DNA of 64,000 nt from Phoronis australis (taxonomy: Eukaryota; Animalia; Phoronida), in NCBI GenBank assembly GCA_002633005.1, contig NMRA01000020.1, positions 1,335,650 to 1,399,649 of the forward strand, in the 5' to 3' direction. Both the position numbers and the translations under genes were made by a program. The first letter of the stretch is position 1; every line of letters begins with the position of its first letter. The notes below the pieces were generated by a model. The model searched no databases and had not been told where the DNA came from. It saw only the letters and a list, made by a program, of their open reading frames with translations. Below are positions 49,301 to 62,704 of this stretch, one piece after another.

Positions 49301-51452
49301 TGTTCAGGGAGAAAGAGGCCTTTGGTTATGGTTGCACTAATCAGTTCGTGGGAGAAAACAAAATCTTTTAATGTCAAATTTTGGTTTTAACAGTGATACG
49401 GGTGGTGTAGAAACAAACTACCCGCTAACTACGGGTGTGAGGTGTGAGGAATCTTCTGACCAGTTATAGTTGCAATCCTCTTATGGAAAGATGTCCACAC
49501 TTTCAATGACAGATGGAATGTTTGAACAGGCTTTTTGCTCGTAACATGCATGTTGAAATTCCAGTCACTTAAGGTATGGTTCACCTTAACTATAAGTTTT
49601 CTTGTTCTGCATGTCAAACTGGGATGATTTTGCAGTTTCACACTTTGTTTTTCAGGTGATACAACCTCAACAAGTACTACAGACATGTGACCCAGTTGCC
49701 TGACAACAGTTTCCTTGGCAACATGACCTCTAACAACTTTCATAACAACTTCGCTGGCTGTGAGTATGCCACCAATTTTTGTGTGACAACATGTACACTT
49801 AGGGACCATTTACGCATGATTGCCATTTTCACAAGTCGACAAAACACACATTTGCACAACCCCCTCCCATGTAAATATGCAAAAATTCTGATGTTTCCTT
49901 ATCTAGAGTGTGATTTATTGACATTGATTGCTTTTATATGTTTGCCAACAGGCCTGGATGGTCCCATCAGAATCACGGTGGTAATATTAAAGCTGTTGGT
50001 TGTTATATCATATTTTAAAGAAGTACCAAAGGCAATGAATACAGCATGGAATTTCGTCTGTTTGAATCTCTAGCAGCAAGCCTTTATCTCTCCTTTCCTA
50101 AAGCATATGCACTGTTTCTACCCCTGTGAAAGTAGCCAAAGTCTAAACAAGGCTGCGTGTTGCTACTTTCACTAATTGCTGTCCCTTTATCTAGAAATCA
50201 TATTTTCATAAAAATATTCTTACCTTTAAATGGAACATTTCATAAAAATGTCAATCTGAAGGAAAAGCCATATCACGTTCAATATTTTCGATTTTGTTTA
50301 AAACAACATCTGATTTTTGATATGGACCTTGATGTGTGCTTGTCAAATGTTTTGCATATCATAAGTCAAATCTTGCCAGTCTGAAACTGAAATTTTAAAG
50401 CTTATTTGTTGTGCAATATCTAATTGCTGATGAACTCCACTTGTTGCCAAGTGGCATTATATAACCTCAAAAAGTCTGACATAAAATAGGGAGTTGATGT
50501 AAGCACTTTACAGAGTCAGTTTGTGATGTTTTATTGACACTTCCCACAAACGTTGACACTTCGGTGGTTAGGGAGTGTTGGTCAGTATGAATGCTTACTT
50601 TTGGTCTTGGGGTGAAATGAGCTGTTGAAGTTTACCTCACAGTAAACAGGTGGATTTAACAGCGAGGTGTGAGTGTCCACTGACGTGATCTCCTAGGGTC
50701 ACTCCTGTGGCAGTTGTCAAGGTCATATTACGCTACCTTGTGGTAAATTCGGAGATGATAGTGTGACCTAGTGATAACTCGAATGTCCGTTAATTACCAA
50801 TACGTCTACGCTGTGCTAGTACTCTGTTTAACTTGGTGGAAAAAGACCCTTAGACATTAGTTATAACCTGAGCACTTTTAAGAAACCAAAATTTCTATGA
50901 AGTGGAAAGTAGCAGAGAATTTAGTAAAGATGTGCTGTGAATCTTGTAATAATCATGTTTCAGTCTCACTGGAAGTGGTGTTGAATTTAACACTGAAATA
51001 ATTATGTGTATTCAGCATTATTACAGCATGGAGGTTTATTCTTTAAATTTCAAACAGTGATAGTGACAGTGATTCAAGGCGATTCCTTCGTGTTTGATTG
51101 TTGCTTAAAGTGGCATTGGTTTGATGTCACATATCAAATCGTGATAGATCATGTTTTTGGATAGAATCTTTTAATTTGGAAGAAATGTCATTCTGTGTTT
51201 ACCCAAGTCTCCCTGAATGTGCTGTTGAATTAAACTCTAGAATATTTTTTGTTTTGTCTGTTATTCAACATTTCAGTGGAAGGGTTATTGCAATATTTTC
51301 ACGGAATGTTTTTTTCCAACCAGTGTTTTCTTAACTTTACCAGTACTTAACATTTTGTTCTGGCCAACTGGCAGAAAAAAAACATGAAGAAATGATGACT
51401 AACCTACTGTACCCGAAGAAAAGGTGTTGCCTTGTATTTGAATATAAGGTCA

Positions 51453-52162
51453 TTACTTGGCGGAATCCCTCGAATTCCGACAAGTATGTTGGTCTGCCGT
51501 CAAGTTTGTTTTTTTTGTTTGTTCGCACTCTACAGGTTGCAATTTTCGTCCGATTCGCACGAAATTCGCACACGACGTGTAGATTTGGAAGTCCTGGATT
51601 CAAAATTTCGGACGTGGCGGCCATTTTGTTTATGGTTTCAAATTCAAATGCTCATAGAGGCGGCATTTTTCAACGTAGAGCTGAAACTTGGTACGATTAT
51701 TGCAGAACACAAGTAAATCGTTAACTTCCGGTCAAGGATGGCGGAAATATTGGCCATGGCTCATGCGCACCTCGATATCTGGCCGAAAACGTTTTCTCCT
51801 GTAGAGGGCACATTGGTGAACCAATCATGTTCACTCTCTTCACCTGTTTGTTTCGTTTGATTGGCTATTATAAAAGTTTGTTTAACCAGAAGTCACTTTC
51901 AAGATGGCGGCTCTGGCGCATTTTCACCCATTTTCAATCGTTCTGCGGTCGCATTTTCAACGGGAAGAGCAAATGACCTGAATTTTTGCATGTGGATTCC
52001 TTGAAGTATGCTCTTTCAAAAGTTCTGCGATAACGTTTCTCTCGTTGCATTTTTAACTGTTTCTCAGGAATGTATTATTTTCCCTATAAGACTTAGTCTT
52101 ATATTCCAGGTTTTTTTAGTATTGAGGATAGCAGACAGAGGTGCAATAGGTGCACCATTTTC
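51453..52162 (+). mobile_element. Second HINE-like family element
   Basis: 5' hairpin ACTTGGCGGAAT/ATTCCGACAAGT followed by GTCTGC; 3' GCAGAC plus hairpin GGTGCA-ATAGG-TGCACC; CpG-rich relative to flanks. Confidence 0.5.
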
Positions 52163-52540
52163 ATACACTAAACTTCTTCATTTTGTGGGTGGTGCCCTTT
52201 TTGTTTGGATGGTCTCTTCTGGATCCACTGGCATGACTGCAGTCAAGGTCAACTGCAGTCAAGGTCAACTGTTTGTGACGACTAAGTCCGGCTGCATGGA
52301 GTGGGCAAGACTTGTACAATAACGTGTCACGGTGGTCATGCGCACTTTTATTGACAGCAACCTGGTGTATTCTCTGGACATTCCCACCAGAAGCTTCTAA
52401 AAAAGGAAATAAGACATCAGTTTTAGTGATTATTTTTGTCTGAAATTGGTGAGCTTTTGCTCTATTCTAAGTCAAACATGTACCCTGTATGTGACTGCCA
52501 GTAATAAATAGAGACTTACCTGAATATCTGAGGAACTCCT

Positions 52541-53913
52541 CAGGGCTCAACACTAACGGTTGCCCGATTGCCCGTGTACATGTAGATTTTGCGTCGGGCA
52601 AGTGGAATTTGAAAAGTACTTGCCCGACAGGCAAGTTAAAAAGCTAGCCGCATAGGCAAGTAGATCCTAAGATTGTCTGTTCGACATTTGTTCCAAAGTA
52701 ACGAACCCCGACACAAGCCTAAAAACCGTCAAAAAAGTCCCTGTGGCCGTCAAAGAATCTCCCGCCTTCGAATGAGCACCGAAAGGAAAATAGAACGAGT
52801 GTGGTGCAGCGTGCACAGATGACGCTCGCGGTCAAATCCTTTCGATTCTCTGAACGTGCCCTGCAGTTTCTAAATAAGTTGTCACGTGATACTAGTGATC
52901 GTCTGCACTCTGGTAAAACGTCTAAACATGGAAGCCATCCAGGCCTGGACGGCATTGGTTTAGTTGCTAAAAAATGAATTCAGGAAGAACCAAAGCAATA
53001 ATATGAAACAAAAAGAGTGCGGGGATGGGTTCCGTCATGGGAAATTAGGTTTTCTGGCCTGCGAGACAGTGAACAAGGGAAGACGTTTGATTTTTGCCGG
53101 CGTTTACCCATGTACAGCTGGAAGCACCGCGTTCGTCAGCGGATGTAAGTCCTACAGATACGCGCAAAAACTAAAAAGTGAATGATTGACGACATATTTT
53201 CTACACTACACAGCAGTTTAAAAGGCCTGGTATTTATTCAGGGGGAATTCCAAAGGACATTCTTATGAATTCCCGGCTCCCGGTGGCGACTCCCGAAAGA
53301 AGAGGAATACGGTCTTCGGGATTGCCGCTCTGAAGTCTGAAGGGTGACTTTTTCGCGGTCTATCTATTTTTCAAAAATGTAATTATTTATTGAAAGTAAA
53401 AGTATGTGTGGCATTATTATATGTTAAAATTTGATTTTAATTTAATACAAGGTACCGATGACCAAAACTGTGCGAGATTTTTACGGATAGCAAAAATTGA
53501 AATTCAGGTTAGCAACAACTCAAGTTTAATGCATGAGGGCCTATAAACTAATGAATACACAGAAGTGTCTAGAGTTCATGCCCTAGCTCATTTCGGCGCC
53601 TGTGAACGTGTGACAATGGTTCAGATACCATAGTTACTCTTCTAATTTGTCTCTCTAGTGTTTTGACACACCTTATAAATAAATGTTCTATAAGAAGAAT
53701 CGTTAAAAAAATAGCAACTCATGTATATAGCGTGCACAACACAAGAGGAGGCTCAGCACAGGCTGCCCTACGGTAACACATTACCTAGGTGTGCACATGC
53801 ACGGTGCTATTTGAGATTGTACTTGGGGCAAGTGAATTCGTTGTTCGGGCAAGTAAAAATTTCAACTACTTGCCCGAAGGGCAAGTGGCTTAAAAAGTTA
53901 ATGTTGAGCCCTG
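52541..53913. mobile_element. hAT-like MITE
   Basis: TIR CAGGGCTCAACAYTAA; subterminal GGGCAAGT/ACTTGCCC motifs at both ends; 8-bp flanks do not match (GAACTCCT vs GCCTATTG). Confidence 0.75.
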
Positions 53914-55030
53914 GCCTATTGAGTGACGGACTGCTCAAACTGGAATTAATCATAGATCACCTGAAATGCGATTCACAGATGGTCTCGCAGGTGAAGTTAT
54001 AAACAATGAGAGGTCTGGTTTTGGTATGGATTATTTTCACTATGAAATTTGTCAAATTATTATAGCTAATATCCTGGAATGGCCTTTGACAGAGGTCCAT
54101 TAATTGTTAAGTGAGCCACCAGGGAAAACTCCGGGAAATCAATAGTCACATTGGAAAGCCATGTATTTTTGTTCCATCCGAACACTTCTACAGGCTGACT
54201 TTGCTGCAGAGTAAACACTGTTGCCGGTAGAGCAAACAGGAGTTATGTCTAGGTTAAAGTTTTGTTATCGATTGCGTGAGTTCATCATCCGAGTTATTCA
54301 ATCCGCACCGTCTATGACTATTCACGAGGGACCATGTTTGTTGGAATTTGTATTTTAGTCATTTTGTAGACGTGCGCAGCTGTTCTGTTCAGGATTGTGG
54401 AAATTTTAAGTAAATGACGGACAGATCTGCTTTGTTCTTGAAAACATAAGAAGTTGCATTCAGAAAGTGGGAAATGAAAAACACAAATTATTTCAAACTT
54501 CTGCTTGCATGAAGTGGCTATGATGTCATGGTGTCATGGAGAACTGAGTAAGGTTCTTTTAATGTCCATTTTTCCATACAATGGCAACATAATGAAATAC
54601 GTCTTGTCACTAGATGGCGATAGGGTAGTAGGTGGACAGCGTTCGGCATTGAATGTATTCATTTCCGTGGGATTATTTTCCAGTGTTTTTTTTCGTAAAT
54701 TCTTTACCTCCATCATTCCCTTAAATTGCCGCTGTTGTGTGGTGGGCTGTTCAAACAGTTCATGTAATCTCCACTGTCTCAAAAGTCTGAATGAAAAAAG
54801 TGCATTTTGTCTTTGTCTACTCAGTCCGTCTTGCTCACCAGAATTAAATATTGCATCATGTGAAAGATGCTAAATTGTGCGCTCACTGGGCTCGAGTTGT
54901 ATGTAGACTGTATGAAGTTAGTCAAATACAAAATGCAGCACTCATTAACTGATAATTTTTTGCTGTAGGTTTGTTTTTGTTGACCTTTTAGTTCCTTGAC
55001 ATTCTCTTTTCTGCAGCTGGACTTCCTTGA

Positions 55031-55042
55031 GTGTGTGTGCGC

Positions 55043-55113
<71 letters not shown>
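55031..55113. repeat. (GT)n microsatellite
   Basis: Read directly. Confidence 0.99.
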
Positions 55114-55114
<1 letters not shown>

Positions 55115-57282
55115 AATGAAAAAATTACCCAGATATTTTTAATTTCAGGGTTTTCAAACACCCCACGAGTTAATCATAGCTTGGGCAATAGTTTGCCTTT
55201 TTGAAAAGAAGGGTTTGAGATTGCTTTCGTTAAAATTTCACCAAATTCATTTTTCAAGGGGTTCTAGCCTTGTTGTTGAATGCCCACAAATTTTCAAAAC
55301 TTAGATTGATGATAGTTGTGGTACAAAACTTGAACAAGAACAATCATTTAATTCGGTGCTACTCATCTTTCTTGGAAAAATGACAAAAAATTTCACTTGT
55401 CGGCCATATTGTGTCCTAAATTGGTGAGATTTTACAGCAACATTATTTAATTGCAAAAAGAAACAGTACTGCCTGAGGCTGCTGAGATTTGTTTTTGAAC
55501 CTACACTACCACCTTGTGTTGACCTTGAAAACCACTAAGCCAGTCTCCAATAACCTCTCAAGTGTGATTCTATTTTTAGCCCAGGTATTGACTTTGCCTA
55601 GATAGCTGTAGTGTTATTTATAGACAGTGAACATTATTCTCTTGCTTCATATGTGTGACAGTCTAAGGTTGGCAGGTAGAACGCTGGGATTTGTGAGTTG
55701 TCCTTCCTTAAATACGCTGTCACAGAGGTAAGATCTTAAACCCTTAGTTTATGATAATGCCGATGTTTTATGTCTACAGTGTGTTAGTACGATAGTACGT
55801 GAAGCCATAATGGAGGTCTTATGTGTTGTTAGTGCTCAGGGTGTTGTGTTGATCTAGTTTTAAGCAGACATAGCATAAATTGTTATTGCACTGTGTCCTG
55901 CTCAAGTTAGACTTCAAGGAAACTGAGGTGTGGTGGAGATAACACATTTTGAAGAAAGATGTTCTTCACCCGTGTGCTTGCTGATTGCTTCGGAACCCTG
56001 ATTCTATGGAGTCTGGCGATTTCAGACTTTGTGGATTTGACTTATTTACATGGTTACGAGTAGTTTTGATAGCCAACCAGCGTACTTGATGACTTATTTT
56101 AGATTGGCACTACTTGTTTTGGATTTCCGTGTCTGTGCATTTGAATAAAGCGGCCTTTCTGAAGAGAAACTGTGGTTTGATTCCTAACTTTCTCTTCAGT
56201 ATCGATCTACATATTGGAATTACGAGTTCTGAATGTACCAATGCACATTCAGTGAGTATAACGCAATGTTGTGAGTATGAATCCCAGGATTTTGCTTCAA
56301 GACAGTTGGTCCCTAACTGCCAGGGCTAATTTGGATTAACTTAGACAAGAACCCATAATTGCTTGATTAGTTTTGGTGGACAGAAATCCAGCAATGACAG
56401 TTTCTAGCACTGGCTTGCGAGACGGGCCATATTGGCAGCGACATAATGTAATTTCTTTCATTCTCGGACATTTTGAGACACGGAACATTCGTTTGAACTG
56501 TTTGAATATCCCACCACACAACAGTGGAAATTTGATGGCATGATGGTGGCAAAGAACTATTAAAGAATGCTGGAAAATATCCCAATGAAGTGAATCCACA
56601 CAAAAATGCGCACTGCTGTCCACCAGCTCCCTGTTGCCAACTAGTGATATGACCTATTTCATCTCGTCGCCACTTCATAGCATAAAAATTTGTGCAACCT
56701 AGCGCCGATGGGAAACGAAATTTTGCAGACATTCCATTCCATACCTTTTTAATAAGGTGAGTTGGTGCATACGCTATACCATATACTGGTATATGTATGT
56801 TATTACAGCCTATTTGCCTATATTCAAAATTAGCCACATGCGCCTGTAGGAAAGTAAAACCAAAGAGAAAGTTCTGAATTAAGTAAGGAAAATCTGTTAC
56901 AAATTGTTAGAGATTGACATGTAATCAATTTATAGTAACTGTTAATTAAAATGGGCTTGTTAACTCATTCTCTGGCAGCTGTTTGGTGTCAACAAATGCT
57001 ATGAAAATGTGAATTTACCGTAGGTGGGTGTGTCAATATGCCACACATTGGAGTAACAAAATTTCCTAAAAAGAATGTATAATTCAAATAAACAGAGACA
57101 CATTGGCCTAAAGAATATGGTAGTTTTGCCTGATGATACTTGAAGGGAAAATTATTTTTTTTTCAGCTAGAAGGTATGCTGTGCCAAGTTATTTGTGATA
57201 GTGTAGTTTGATTGCTCATATGGTTGACTCGATGGTTGTGCCTTGTTCAGGTAACCAACACCCTGTGTTTAGTTTTGACTTA

Positions 57283-57616
57283 GGTCTGTGTTGAGAGTTT
57301 ACTGTGGTCTGTGTTGAGATTTGACTGTGGTCTGTGTTGAGATTTGACTGTGGTCTGTGTTGAGATTTGACTCTGGTCTGTGTTGAGATTTGACTGTGGT
57401 CTGTGCTGAGATTTAACTGTGGTCTGTGCTGAGATTTGACTGTGGTCTGTGTTGAGATTTGACTGTGGTCTGTGTTGAGATTTGACTGTGGTCTGTGCTG
57501 AGATTTGACTGTGGTCTGTGTTGAGATTTGACTGTGGTCTGTGCTGAGATTTGACTGTGGTCTGTGCTGAGATTTGGCTGTGGTCTGTGCTGAGATTTGA
57601 CTGTGGTCTGTGTTGA
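57283..57616. repeat. 23-bp minisatellite, about 14.5 copies
   Basis: GGTCTGTGYTGAGATTTGACTGT head to tail, no spacers. Confidence 0.97.
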
Positions 57617-59210
57617 AGTCAGGACCAAATCAGTTCCAGGTCTCCTTAATCCCCTCCACACACAGCCTACCCTAGAACAACGTACACAAGTGCAACTTAC
57701 CCCACTTTTAAGTATAGCACATCCGTTGACTAGGGTACGGTAGAAGTTGCCGCTATGTGCATGACAATGAACACCCAATGCCAATACGGTGCAAGAGAAA
57801 ACCCGTCTGTACATAACCGCAGTTAATAATTACTTCCGCCCTACCCCACTTTTGCTACCACAAGGGGATTACAAGTGGCACAAGTTACCCTAGAACAGGT
57901 CACCCGACCTTGGTATTGTGGAGTACGCTGTCACATGTTGGGCGAGTTGCACAAGTTTAAATAGCATCCACAAACCTATTGACAACTCGTTCCAGGAGTA
58001 ACTTGTTTATGGTAAGTCTGTGTGGACAGCACTCAGGAGTACACTTATTATCTCAACATCCTGTCCTCTATCCTAAGTTATGAAACCCTTTGTTGGACTG
58101 AAGTAAATGTTATTCTTAAGGGTCACATACTATTTGCAATTGAGAAGTGGGTTTCAGTTTCAAATTTGCAAACATATAAACACCAGGCATAGTACTGAGA
58201 AAAGACAGTAAACATGCTCGTTGTTTCACAAAAGTTCAAGTGATAAAACATGCGCTCAAGACCAAGGGTTAGGTGTAGATGCGAAAGCCTCGTGAAAATA
58301 CAAGATCACGCGAGGCTTTGCAAGATATCGGCATGTATTACAGGCGAAGCTTATGATGAGACTTGTAACAGTCCTGTCCATTATTGTTTGCCCGTGTCAC
58401 AGTTTGCAAATTCAAGCAAATTCAACTTTGGCTTGAATTTTGGTGACTCAAATTTTAGAGACTGTCTCTGATTAGAGAATTTTACTGTATACCATACCAG
58501 TCCCACACTGCAGGTGCGCAAGCCCTTTCTAAAAAAGCTGTCCCAGTTAGAGTTGACTAGGAGCAGATTACGATAAAGACTCTCCAATTTGAGATACACT
58601 AAAAATAAATTATTTTGCTCAAGGTCGGAGCGTACCCCAAATTCTAAAAATAGGTGATATTGGCGGTTTTAAGTTAAGATTCACCGAAATGAGGACACAG
58701 TTACCTACTCCGTTGATTGAAAACACATCGTCGGAAATTTGAAAAATATGGCGAATGCCAAAATCACATTTGTTGCAAATTACGTAATGAAGAAAACTCA
58801 ATTTTTGTGGGATTTCGGTGTCCCAAATTCTGAAGACTTCCAAAATTGGAGAATTTTTACCGTAATGCTAGTCATTTGGATCTGTGCTTCTGTTGTCCTC
58901 TAAGTAGAATGAGTGAGAGACTTTCGATCAAGTGCATGAAATAGGTGACATTCAAGGAATAATTTATCAGAATCTTGTAAAATTTCTGTTTTATGCAAGT
59001 CACTCATAAAATCTGTTCAAAATCAATATAGCATAATTGAACATGCTGTATGATAGTAATGTAATTGATAACATCAAAATGTTTACAGCGTGTGCTTTTT
59101 TAACGGATTGATAAATTAAGAAATATAATTAGATATTAAAAAGTAATCATTGTTTTTGTATTTCGGCACCTGGATGTGAAAGTATTGTGTTGGTGGACTC
59201 GCTGCAATTA

Positions 59211-61624
59211 CCGTAATCGTTCGGGTTAACGCCCTGGGCGGTTAAATTGGCGAATCCAAAAAATCGGGGGAGGGCGGTTAACCGAGCAGTGGGCGGTTAA
59301 ATCGAAAATCCTCCTAAAGTAGGGGATGGGCGGTTAACTGAACATGGGCGCTTATTACGACAGACAACCGCCCTGGGCGCGGTTAATCTTACCTGGCGAT
59401 CTAAATCCCGACACGACAATCATACTCGGAACGCGTAGCCCTTTTCAAAGAGCTTTATCGTCACGTCGCCAAATGACTGTGAAAACATCATAACAGCGGA
59501 TGATCCCAACAAAGGTTCTCTTGCCCTCAGATTAGTCATTCACTATTAAATTTACAAAATTGCTGAGTAATAGCCCCGTGCCGTCCTGCGGTGCGCAGAC
59601 GACCAGTGACCACGCAGCCTCCACTAGAATTAAAACTGTTTCAAGATGTGACCCTGCTTAAGTGCGCGCGTGCAAGCTTCACGTGTTGCAGAGGTCAGAC
59701 ATCAAATTTATGGTCTCGTACTATATGTAGCTGTCAAGTTCCGACTCAGAGAGCAGTTTTAAAATTGGTTGTAATAAAAGTTTGAAAAACTTAACTCTGT
59801 TTTTTTTTGTGTTTGGGATGTTATAGTCGACACTCCGTGACTCAATGACATTTTCAGCGTATGGTTCTGCGGCTAGCTGTCTTATCTCGACAGCCCGGCA
59901 TTGCTCTCTTGCCGTTGCGCCAAACATGCTATGCAAAGAAGTAAGACAAGGATCGGGGGTGGTCGAGCCAGTCGTCGATCAAGAATAAAATTTCAAGCAA
60001 CTGCATAAATATGTTACAAAATGTCAGAAAACAGCAATGTTTCAATTCATTATTCTAAACGATCACTTTACCAAACTTCGTAGTGGAAAAACATTTATTT
60101 TTCATGCAAGATGTCCAGATTATCCTATTTATATCACTTGTAATATCGCACTGCGGCACTGTTCGGTCCCGCTGTTATCACGCAATGTCTCAGTCGGCTG
60201 ACAATCGTGACTTGGAAATGCCGTCAAGTAATATAACGGCCTCTTTCAATATGCATCTTGTTTTTTATGGCCAAAGATAGTGGCGGTATTCAGCACGCAC
60301 GTGTGAGTCACCTGTCAATCACATGTTGGTGTTAAGGTAACATGCACTCCAAAGTGTGGGAACTTGCGCACGTTCACCACTACAAATCAGTCAAACATAG
60401 CGACAGTCCGAAGTAACAAAAAACGGACGTGACTATGTGCTTTTAAGCTGTTGTTACGAAAGACCCAGTCATTTACGATATTCCTCCGTTGCCAGTGTTC
60501 CCCAAAACTGCGATGTCAAGTCTATTGCCATATTTCCCGGCTCGATGCTCCCTAAGCCCATACCTGCAACTAGCTGTGTGAATCTCCTACCCCGGCGCTA
60601 TCGTCAAGCAGTCTACGTCGTAGATATTTCAGACTCGAATGGTAAGAATTCTTGTTCTAGCTGAAAATGGCCAATGTATAAACAAAATTATTCTGGATGG
60701 CTAAAAAAGGGGATGTGGAAACGATAATTCACACAGTCACGCTTACGTGCAGGCTGACGCAAGAATAGTAAAGAACAGCCAGCGACATAAGTTAAATCTG
60801 CTAACCAGTTTGACTGAGATGCAATAAGCGAAAAACAAAATTTGACTAGCCGTTTTTTTATTACTTCAAGATCATACACAAACATACATTATTGCCAACG
60901 TTTGAATTCAGAAATCGACAGGCAGCAACGAAATCGGTTTTCCAGTAAGGCACTTGTACTGTCCCTTCGGTCGCCCCACATCCTCTATAATAAGGCAGTT
61001 ATATTCATCAAAATATTAAGAATTTGACATCTTTCCGTGAGTTGTGAGATTTGTTCGAAATGCTAGAGCTTCCCACCTTAATAGAATTTGGAGGGTTGGC
61101 AAAACCATTGTCACATTTCTCTGGCCTGATTTTTTCGAATATATGTTTTATGTAGTGCACTGCAGACGGAAACACAGCGCGGCAGACAAAGTCGCTGAAA
61201 GCGGAGGTTTTGACGCCGGCGGCGTTCTTAATTTTTGCAAACAAGGGAAGAAAATAAAGTGACAAAAAGGTTCAAGTATTACATTTTGAAGTGAGTTCAT
61301 GACCCAAGACAATAACTCGTTACCTGTATTGTAATTCAGATTGCTAAACCACCGTCTCGGAGTCCCGGCGCCGTTGCACTCATTGTGATCATCGATCTTT
61401 TTCTAAAAGTCGGGGAATCTCGCGTTTCCTTAGCACTAGGCGCTAAATCTTCATTCTTTAAAAGTCGGGGATGGGCGCTTAACCGAGAGGTGGGCGCTTA
61501 ACTGGAAATCTTCAAAAATCGCAGGGGGGCGCTTAACTGAGCAGTGGGCGGTTAAATCGAAAATCCACTTAAAGTCGGGGATGGGCGGTTAACTGAGCAT
61601 GGGCGTTAACCCGAACGATTACGG
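59211..61624. mobile_element. Tc2/pogo-like non-autonomous element, copy 2 (inverted relative to copy 1)
   Basis: TA|CCGTAATCGTTCGGGTTAACGCCC ... GGGCGTTAACCCGAACGATTACGG|TA; interior is the reverse complement of 38267-40612 (the same short ORFs appear on opposite strands). Confidence 0.92.
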
Positions 61625-62704
61625 TACTATCAATGAACTTATTTGTCATATATGATTAGTTGTAAATTGAGAACTGTTATTTTATCTGTTGTGTGTTGCT
61701 ATATTTAGAATAGGTAGATAGTACTTGGCAATGAATTGTAGAGGTGACTATCAGGCTTCCAACTATCCCCTAGCTGAAGTTATCTGGTTCAAGACTAGAT
61801 CTTTGATCTTTGAGTGACACATGTGTAATTGGATACTGGCCTAGTCAAAGCAACAACCAGGCCCTATCACAGTTGGGTCTGTGAGTTGGGCACCAGTCAC
61901 TTACAGGGGTCAGGATTTAAGTGATCTCTGTTGTTCAGTAGAGGAAACTGGTTATCGATGGTACAAAAGTACACTGCGTAATTGCCAAAATTTATCTTTC
62001 TTCACTTGTCACTGACTTGAGCAATGTTGTGAATGACCAAAATTTTGAGCTTGTCTGAGGGTTGCTATGATATAGAACCTAAAAATGTCGTAGCAAGCCT
62101 TTGATGCTACTCATCTTTTGTGAAAAAAGTGAAATATCTTTGTTTGCTCAGTTCTTTCCGGAATTGGTTAGACTCACACTTCCTCTACAATTTGATAAGC
62201 TAAGTCTATTTTTGATACAGAAATCAGTGTCCAGTACTTGAGGAATAGGATTAACGCCAACATTACTCATGTCTTAATATTGAGAAAAAATGACTTGAAT
62301 TTGGGTACCTCATATTTTAGAGATGTTCCCAGACTGAAGAATGTTTACCGCTTTCATTGACTTGAGATTATTCAAAGTTGCTGACGTCACTGAAATTGGA
62401 TTGTATTGGATTTGAGAAGAAGGTATTTTCCTCTTTAGTGTTTTGACGTCATTTAGTTGTGGAAATCAATTGTCTTGTTTTTGTTGCGTTCAAGCTTTCA
62501 TTCAGAAACAGTGAACAGTAGGAATATTTACTTGCCAGCTTCTAATCTAATATGGTTTGATCAGGAGCTGGATAATTGATAACATAATTCCACAGGTAAA
62601 ATGTGACCGCTTTTGTGTCTCGACTGGCTGTAAGTTGACTAGAATCTTGCATTTTTGGAAGTGTGTTATGTTTTAAAAGATGGGCTCGGTGGTACACTTG
62701 TGCC

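Noticed and set aside
45712-57616. Tandem arrays as CRISPR arrays or coding repeats
   Set aside because: Head-to-tail units without unique spacers, no cas genes, eukaryotic context; the ORFs over them are repeat translations.
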